A DNA stretch of 63,883 bases, counting the filler, from an uncultured Methanosarcinales archaeon (GTDB lineage: Archaea; Nanobdellota; Nanobdellia; Woesearchaeales; CAYXTQ01): the NCBI GenBank assembly GCA_964608065.1. It is 5 parts of 5 records of this genome, joined end to end, with 100 filler letters (N's around TTAATTAATTAA, not from the genome) between each part and the next. Parts side by side here need not be neighbours in the genome. Positions count along the whole stretch, not along the records: positions 47,075 to 62,029 come from CAZSMA010000033.1; positions 62,130 to 63,883 come from CAZSMA010000129.1; 3 more parts are not named here. One strand, given 5' to 3'. Of the stretch, positions 58,547 through 63,883 are shown one piece after another (position 1 is the first letter of the stretch; every line of letters starts with the position of its first letter). The position numbers and the translations under genes are program-made. Below the pieces are notes generated by a model. That model was not told where the DNA came from. It saw only the letters and a list, made by a program, of their open reading frames with translations, and did not search any database.

Positions 58547-59211
58547 TGAAACTCCAAACCTTAAAACCATTAATTCCCAAAGAAATCTATGAAGTTTTGA
58601 AAAAAGAAAATATCACAGAATTAAGACCAGCTCAGGCTAAAGCTGTAAAACAAGATTTACTTAATGGAAAAAATCTGTTAATCTGCACTCCAACAGCTTC
58701 TGGTAAAACTTTGATAGCAGAATTAGCTGGAGTCAAATCAATCATAGAAGGAAAAGGAAAAACAGTCTATATAGTTCCATTAAAAGCATTAGCTAATGAA
58801 AAATATAAAGATTTTAAAAAAAAATATGGACATTTACTGAGAGTAGCTTTATCTATTGGAGATTTAGATGCTTCTGACCCATATCTGTCAGAATATGATT
58901 TAATAATTACAACTTCAGAAAAATTTGATTCTTTAATAAGACACCACACACCATGGCTTCAGAATGTCAAAACATTAGTTGTAGATGAAATCCATTTACT
59001 AAATGATCCTGGCAGAGGCCCAACTTTAGAGATTTTAATAACAATGCTTAAAGAAATCCTAAAAAATATTCAAATCATAGGATTATCAGCAACAATAGGC
59101 AATCCAGAAGAACTAGCTGCATGGCTTAACGCAGACTTAATCATAGACAACTGGAGACCTGTCAAGCTGCATAAAGGAATTTATTATCAGGGAGAGATCG
59201 AATTCTCTTAA
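58546..59211 (+). CDS. Hel308/Ski2-like helicase, N-terminal RecA domain only (221 aa)
   Basis: LRPAQ, PTASGKT, PLKALA, DEIH, GLSAT, WRPV, then stop. Confidence 0.88.
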   Translation: MKLQTLKPLIPKEIYEVLKKENITELRPAQAKAVKQDLLNGKNLLICTPTASGKTLIAELAGVKSIIEGKGKTVYIVPLKALANEKYKDFKKKYGHLLRVALSIGDLDASDPYLSEYDLIITTSEKFDSLIRHHTPWLQNVKTLVVDEIHLLNDPGRGPTLEILITMLKEILKNIQIIGLSATIGNPEELAAWLNADLIIDNWRPVKLHKGIYYQGEIEFS

Positions 59212-59573
59212 ACCAAACCAGAAATCAAAATAACTATCATTCCTAAAATAATATAAACTGCAAACCAAACTAACCAAATCAAAAAAGAAACTCTAAAATT
59301 TGTTTTATAATAAAACTTAACAAGGAACATAAACAATAATGAAGCTAAAACTACAAACAATAAATTAACCCAGGTCATAACATTAAAAAAGCTAAACAAA
59401 AATACAGCAGCTGTCAACCATATAGAAACATACAAAGCAGTAAACATATTCTTTTCTTTTAGCTTGAACAATACAACTGCAATCTCTCTTAAGACCAAAG
59501 AATTAACAACAACAAAAACAAATGATACAATCATCCTTGCTCCAATATCAAACATTAAATCAGCTAAAGCCAT
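59208..59573 (-). CDS. 4-TM membrane protein
   Basis: Four hydrophobic helices. Confidence 0.7.
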   Translation of the reverse strand: MALADLMFDIGARMIVSFVFVVVNSLVLREIAVVLFKLKEKNMFTALYVSIWLTAAVFLFSFFNVMTWVNLLFVVLASLLFMFLVKFYYKTNFRVSFLIWLVWFAVYIILGMIVILISGLV

Positions 59574-59628
59574 TTTAAATAAACTACATCTATCTTATTT
59601 AAATAATTTGTTGTATTCTTTGGAGTGG

Positions 59629-60915
59629 TTAAACCAATCCTAAACTTTCAATAACAACCTTAGAATCAAACTCTTCAATATCTGTATATCCCTGTCCTGT
59701 TCCAATATATAAAATAGGTTTTCCAGTAACATAACTAACACTTATAGCAGCTCCACCTTTCTCATCAACATCTGCCTTGGATAAAATTATTCCATCTATT
59801 TCAACAGCTTCATTAAATTTCTTAGCCTGCTCAACACAATCATTGCCAGTTATACTTTCTCCAACAAATATTTTCAAATCAGGATTAGCAACCCTGATTA
59901 TTTTTTTCATCTCATCCTCAAGGTTCTGATTTGAATGCATCCTTCCTGCTGTATCAATCAAGACAACATCTATATTTTTACTTTTAGCATGAGCAATAGC
60001 ATCATAAGCAACAGCCGCAGGGTCACTACCATAATCTTGCCTTATCATCTTTACCCCTAATTTATCCGCATGCATCTGCAACTGCTCAATTGAAGCAGCT
60101 CTGAATGTGTCAGAAGCAGCTAATATAACCTTTAATCCTTTGTCAGTCAACATCTTAGTAACTTTAGCTATTGTTGTAGTTTTACCAGAACCATTGATTC
60201 CAATAAAACATATAACAAAAGGTTTTTTACTTTTTACTTTTTCTAAAAAGTTTATCTTATCAACATTAAATAAATCATTAATAGAATTCCTTAAAGTTTC
60301 AGTTATAATACTTTCAATCTTGCCTCTTCTCAGAGGCTTATCAACAATATTCTGCTTTAAATCATTTTTTATCTTTTCTATAACTTCAACAGCAACATTG
60401 TTTTCCAATAAAACTATCTCTAAATCCCAGAACAAATTATCAAATTGTTTTTCATTGATTTTTTTTTGCACTATCTTTTCCTTTATTTTTCCAAAAAAAC
60501 CTTTTTTAACATGTTCTTCTTTTTTCAATTCCTTTTTTAATGGTTCTTCTTTACTGATTTCTAGAGTTTCTTCCACTACAGGTTCTGCAGCTTTTTCTTC
60601 AGAAATAGGTTCTTCAACTTCTTCCTTTTCCTCAATTATCGGCTCTTCAACAAATTCTTCCTTAATTTCAAGCTCTTCTTCAACTGGTTCTTCTTTAACT
60701 TCCTTTTCTTCAGGTGTTACTTCTTCCTTCTCTACTGTTTTCTCTTCAACAACTTCTTCCTTTTTTTCTTTCTTACCAAATAATTTCTTAAAAAAACCTT
60801 TCTTCTCTTCAACTTCTTCATCTACTTCTTTAACCTCTTCACTACCTTCTTCATCTATTTTTTTTGATAAATTAGATACAGTATCTTTTATCTTTTTCTT
60901 TAAGAAATTAAACAT
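59629..60915 (-). CDS. ftsY: SRP receptor FtsY with acidic N-terminal region
   Basis: GINGSGKTTT, DTFRAA, DTAGR, SKADVDEKGG, GTGQ. Confidence 0.97.
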   Translation of the reverse strand: MFNFLKKKIKDTVSNLSKKIDEEGSEEVKEVDEEVEEKKGFFKKLFGKKEKKEEVVEEKTVEKEEVTPEEKEVKEEPVEEELEIKEEFVEEPIIEEKEEVEEPISEEKAAEPVVEETLEISKEEPLKKELKKEEHVKKGFFGKIKEKIVQKKINEKQFDNLFWDLEIVLLENNVAVEVIEKIKNDLKQNIVDKPLRRGKIESIITETLRNSINDLFNVDKINFLEKVKSKKPFVICFIGINGSGKTTTIAKVTKMLTDKGLKVILAASDTFRAASIEQLQMHADKLGVKMIRQDYGSDPAAVAYDAIAHAKSKNIDVVLIDTAGRMHSNQNLEDEMKKIIRVANPDLKIFVGESITGNDCVEQAKKFNEAVEIDGIILSKADVDEKGGAAISVSYVTGKPILYIGTGQGYTDIEEFDSKVVIESLGLV

Positions 60916-60925
60916 AACAGCACCT

Positions 60926-61339
60926 TTATCGAGCTAATGAATTCATCTCTTGCTCTATCCCAGCAGCCTGTGTACTTAATCTTTGTAAATCCTGTAAAAA
61001 CCTTGTTTCCATCTTCTTCATCTCATCAATATTTTTTTCCAGCATTTTCTGTACAGATTTGACATCTTTACTGACAACAGTATTTGCTCCAACATTTACT
61101 AATAATTCATTATTTTCCTTTAGATCTGCTTTGACAAATATACCGTTGCTTACAGGAACTAATATCTCCTTACCTTTTTCAGTATTCTTCAAATCATCCA
61201 GGCTTTGCTGAACATACATTATCTCCATAACTTGGTTCTCTAGCTCCTGCATTCTCTGCTGTATCTGCTTTATCTGCTGGTCTAACATCTGTAATTGAGT
61301 ATATTTTTCCCTTAATTTAGCTTCTTGTTCCTTATCCAT
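60926..61339 (-). CDS. pfdA: Prefoldin alpha subunit
   Basis: ILVPVSNGIFVKA...LVNVGANTVV within coiled coils; adjacent to ftsY. Confidence 0.93.
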   Translation of the reverse strand: MDKEQEAKLREKYTQLQMLDQQIKQIQQRMQELENQVMEIMYVQQSLDDLKNTEKGKEILVPVSNGIFVKADLKENNELLVNVGANTVVSKDVKSVQKMLEKNIDEMKKMETRFLQDLQRLSTQAAGIEQEMNSLAR

Positions 61340-61397
61340 TTTAACCCCATATATTAAACAGAAAGAATATATAACTCTTTAAAAAGGTTTCTTAAAA

Positions 61398-62027
61398 CTA
61401 AGTACTAATCTCCTTCTCAACCTCATGTTTAGTCCTTAACAGAATTTCAATCTCACCAAAATGTACTTCTTGTGATAACTCAACTTTCCTTTGGTTGCAT
61501 AAATGCAATAAAGGAATAAATGTAAAAACTTTATCTTCTTTTTTATCAGATGGAACTAATGTTGTAAAGTAAACCTTTTTTTTTCCCGTTGTAAAAAAAT
61601 CCTTAATCCTTGAATACAAATCACCAATAATTGTGCTAATATCTTTCTTTTTCTCAGGAACTTTTACATCCATTGCAGGAATAGAATTTATAACTCTTCT
61701 TCTTTTGACTTCCAAAGCTTGCTGCAAAGCACCCATTAAATCATAAATTGATACTTTTCTTTTCCTAGGCTGCGGTGTTCTAGGAATTAAACTGGGCTTT
61801 TCTTCATCTAAAACCAAAGACTCTGGTGCTTCTTCATATAAGAAATCTTCTTCCTCTTGCGGTGTTAATAATCTATCAAAATCATCAATATCTTTACCAA
61901 CCAATCTTTCAGACTTTATCCTTAACAAAAGAGCAGCAGCCAATAACACTTTTCCCGAAACTCTGAAATTCATCTCTTTCAATTGTTTTAAAGTCTCTAT
62001 ATATTTTCCTGTCAATAACGTAATATC
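61398..62027 (-). CDS. scpA: Segregation/condensation protein A (kleisin), 5'-truncated
   Basis: SGKVLLAAALLLRIKS, RKVSIYDL, FIPLLHL...QEVHFGEI. Confidence 0.9.
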   Translation of the reverse strand, partial: DITLLTGKYIETLKQLKEMNFRVSGKVLLAAALLLRIKSERLVGKDIDDFDRLLTPQEEEDFLYEEAPESLVLDEEKPSLIPRTPQPRKRKVSIYDLMGALQQALEVKRRRVINSIPAMDVKVPEKKKDISTIIGDLYSRIKDFFTTGKKKVYFTTLVPSDKKEDKVFTFIPLLHLCNQRKVELSQEVHFGEIEILLRTKHEVEKEIST

Positions 62028-62073
62028 AANNNNNNNNNNNNNNNNNNNNNNNNNNNNNNNNNNNNNNNNNNNN

Positions 62074-62085
62074 TTAATTAATTAA
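62074..62085. other. Artificial contig linker TTAATTAATTAA
   Basis: N-flanked 12-mer. Confidence 0.9.
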
Positions 62086-62329
62086 NNNNNNNNNNNNNNN
62101 NNNNNNNNNNNNNNNNNNNNNNNNNNNNNTTTTCTTTTATTCTTTGTCATATTAATAACTGTAATTTTTTCTGCTATTTGTCCACTTTTATTAATAAATA
62201 TTGGACAATGTCCAATAATTCTGCTAATTATTGGATAAAATTGGACATTATTGGGCGTTATACGTGATGCAGAATCATATTAGCTGAACGCCCTATTCTT
62301 CTGTTTCTCAGCTTTAGCGAATAATGTAT

Positions 62330-63586
62330 CTAACACCTCATTATCTTCTTAAAACTAAAGTTAGTATGTTTATGCCCAAAGCTTTCTATTGGCACACCCT
62401 TTCTGAATGTGAAAATGGAATCCATTAAACAGATTAGAATAGTCCTTGCTGTTATGGAATCACAGTTAGAGTAAGGTGTTCTTAGTTCATGTTTAATCCT
62501 CCAATTACCCCCTTCGATAGCATTGCTAGTTAATGCTCCAATAAAGTTCCCTTGTTTATCAAAGTACTTGGGGAACTTATCTTTTATTTTTTCGAGTTCT
62601 TCTTTCTCAATGTCCCTATACTTTTTGCTCAAGTATTCCTTGATTTTATCGGGAGGCTCTTTATTCTTCTTCATCTGTTTTAGCACTTTATCTTTCTTTG
62701 TTAGATTCTTGCATTTATGGAATAAACATCTAAGATGTTCCATCACTTCATCCATTATATTATATGCACCGTGGCCATCATGTGTACAAAAATCAACTCC
62801 TAACAAGGGAGCTAGCAAAATCTGACTGAATATTTTACAAAATGCAACTTCATTGAGCACTAATGAAATATAGAGTTTTAACAAAGCAAGATAGCTTACT
62901 GCTAAAGTAAAACCTTTTGGCCACTTAAATGGTTCTTCTCCTCTTAATTTTCTCTCTTTGTTTATCTCCTTAAACTTTTTCTTTGCTCCTTTTATTGCAG
63001 GGTATGTTTCATCTGCTACTCCATCAAACTTTTTATGTGGGAATTTTCTCTTTAGCTCTTTGACGTTTTCAACATCAAACATAACCTTAAGCAGGTTTAT
63101 TCCGGCTACTTTATCAAATAGTTTCATACCTGCATGTTTCTTTACCTTTCTTTCGAATCTGAGAGCATAGTTCTTTATTGTATCTCTATCAACCTGTACC
63201 CCTAACTCTAAAAGCACCTTCTCAACTCTATGGTATGGGTTTTTGGCTGATAAGTATAAACAGAGATCAACAACTGGCTGGCAATATATAGGCCCATCAT
63301 AGAAAGGAGACTTTGCAAGATATGTTTTGTGGCAATCATTACAATAGAATATCCGTACTGCTACAGTAATATCCCTAAATCTTCCATTGATTATTACCTT
63401 ACAAAAAAGTTTATCCTCTTCTATATTGTGTTTCTTACAGTTTGATGATTTACAATAAGGGCAGTTTCTAAATTTGTCAAAGAAATCTCCTTGAAATACC
63501 AATAGGTATTGTATAATTGCAGTATACAATATGGAAGGAGTTAGTTTGTTTATCTTTTTCTTTTTTGGTTTTTGCATTGATATCAC
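62330..63586 (-). CDS. Putative DDE transposase with N-terminal Zn finger
   Basis: CPYC...CNDC, HTH region, VADETY, THDGHGAY, RCLFH, TSNAIEGGNWRIK. Confidence 0.8.
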   Translation of the reverse strand: MISMQKPKKKKINKLTPSILYTAIIQYLLVFQGDFFDKFRNCPYCKSSNCKKHNIEEDKLFCKVIINGRFRDITVAVRIFYCNDCHKTYLAKSPFYDGPIYCQPVVDLCLYLSAKNPYHRVEKVLLELGVQVDRDTIKNYALRFERKVKKHAGMKLFDKVAGINLLKVMFDVENVKELKRKFPHKKFDGVADETYPAIKGAKKKFKEINKERKLRGEEPFKWPKGFTLAVSYLALLKLYISLVLNEVAFCKIFSQILLAPLLGVDFCTHDGHGAYNIMDEVMEHLRCLFHKCKNLTKKDKVLKQMKKNKEPPDKIKEYLSKKYRDIEKEELEKIKDKFPKYFDKQGNFIGALTSNAIEGGNWRIKHELRTPYSNCDSITARTILICLMDSIFTFRKGVPIESFGHKHTNFSFKKIMRC

Positions 63587-63660
63587 CTTATACCTTGCCT
63601 ATAATTATAGGATATTTATCGAAAAGTTTATAAATTTTTACCTTGCCTAATATATATAGG

Positions 63661-63858
63661 ATGGTGATACCAATGGTACATTTAAGAAGCAAGAAGTTTG
63701 AAGGGAAAAAGGGAAGGGAGAGAATCTACTATTACTTGGTTAAAGATATATATGAAGGAGAGAAAAAACTTCAGAAGGTAGTCAAATATGTAGGTACAGC
63801 CAATAAGCTGTTGGAGAAATTAACTAAACTTGAGAAATTTGAGAAGAAAAACAAATAA
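63661..63858 (+). CDS. Small basic IS accessory ORF
   Basis: HLRSKK...YYYLVK...KKLQKVVKYVG resembles the N-terminal motif of IS1634-type transposases; lies inside the inverted repeats. Confidence 0.65.
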   Translation: MVIPMVHLRSKKFEGKKGRERIYYYLVKDIYEGEKKLQKVVKYVGTANKLLEKLTKLEKFEKKNK

Positions 63859-63883
63859 CTAGCTAAGATCAATCTGCATCACG

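Larger units (their letters stand above)
57334..58595. repeat. 50-bp direct repeat (57334-57383 and 58546-58595) of the helicase 5' end, flanking an MNT-HEPN cassette
   Basis: ATGAAACTCCAAACCTT(G/A)AAACCATTAATTCCCAAAGAAATCTATGAAGT, one mismatch. Confidence 0.92.
62263..63883. mobile_element. Insertion sequence with 23-bp imperfect terminal inverted repeats and two divergent ORFs
   Basis: Left CGTGATGCAGAATCATATTAGCT; reverse complement of the right end CGTGATGCAGATTGATCTTAGCT (20/23 identical). Confidence 0.8.

Noticed and set aside
60107..60937. 276-aa plus-strand S/F-rich ORF, and similar shadow ORFs opposite rplP0, the P-type ATPase and the coiled-coil gene
   Set aside because: Antisense shadows of E/K-rich genuine genes.

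Overview
AT-rich archaeal genomic DNA, most likely a DPANN archaeon of the Woesearchaeota type. This is an inference from archaeal informational genes (aIF-1A, rpl1-rplP0-rpl12, rpo7-spt4-rps24e-rps27ae, rps27e-aIF2a-nop10-PAC2, prefoldin alpha, ftsY) sitting beside bacterial-type dxs/ispG, lspA, rpiB and rpe. The window is a concatenation of at least five contigs joined by N-flanked TTAATTAATTAA linkers (15938, 31795, 47019, 62074), so adjacency across those points is not evidence. Main accessory content: (i) an island (~32-47 kb) of large Cys/Asp-rich secreted proteins interleaved with MNT-HEPN and AbiE-like nucleotidyltransferase modules carrying visible operator palindromes; (ii) an MNT-HEPN cassette flanked by a 50-bp duplication of the start of a half-length Hel308-like helicase; (iii) a family of short intergenic C-NNA-G triloop hairpins (REP-like), present even inside a ribosomal operon; (iv) a GC-rich ~100-nt candidate structured RNA; (v) an IS element with 23-bp terminal inverted repeats and a divergent small ORF at the window end. 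No rRNA, tRNA or CRISPR array was recognised. All family calls are by eye from motifs; no database search was run.
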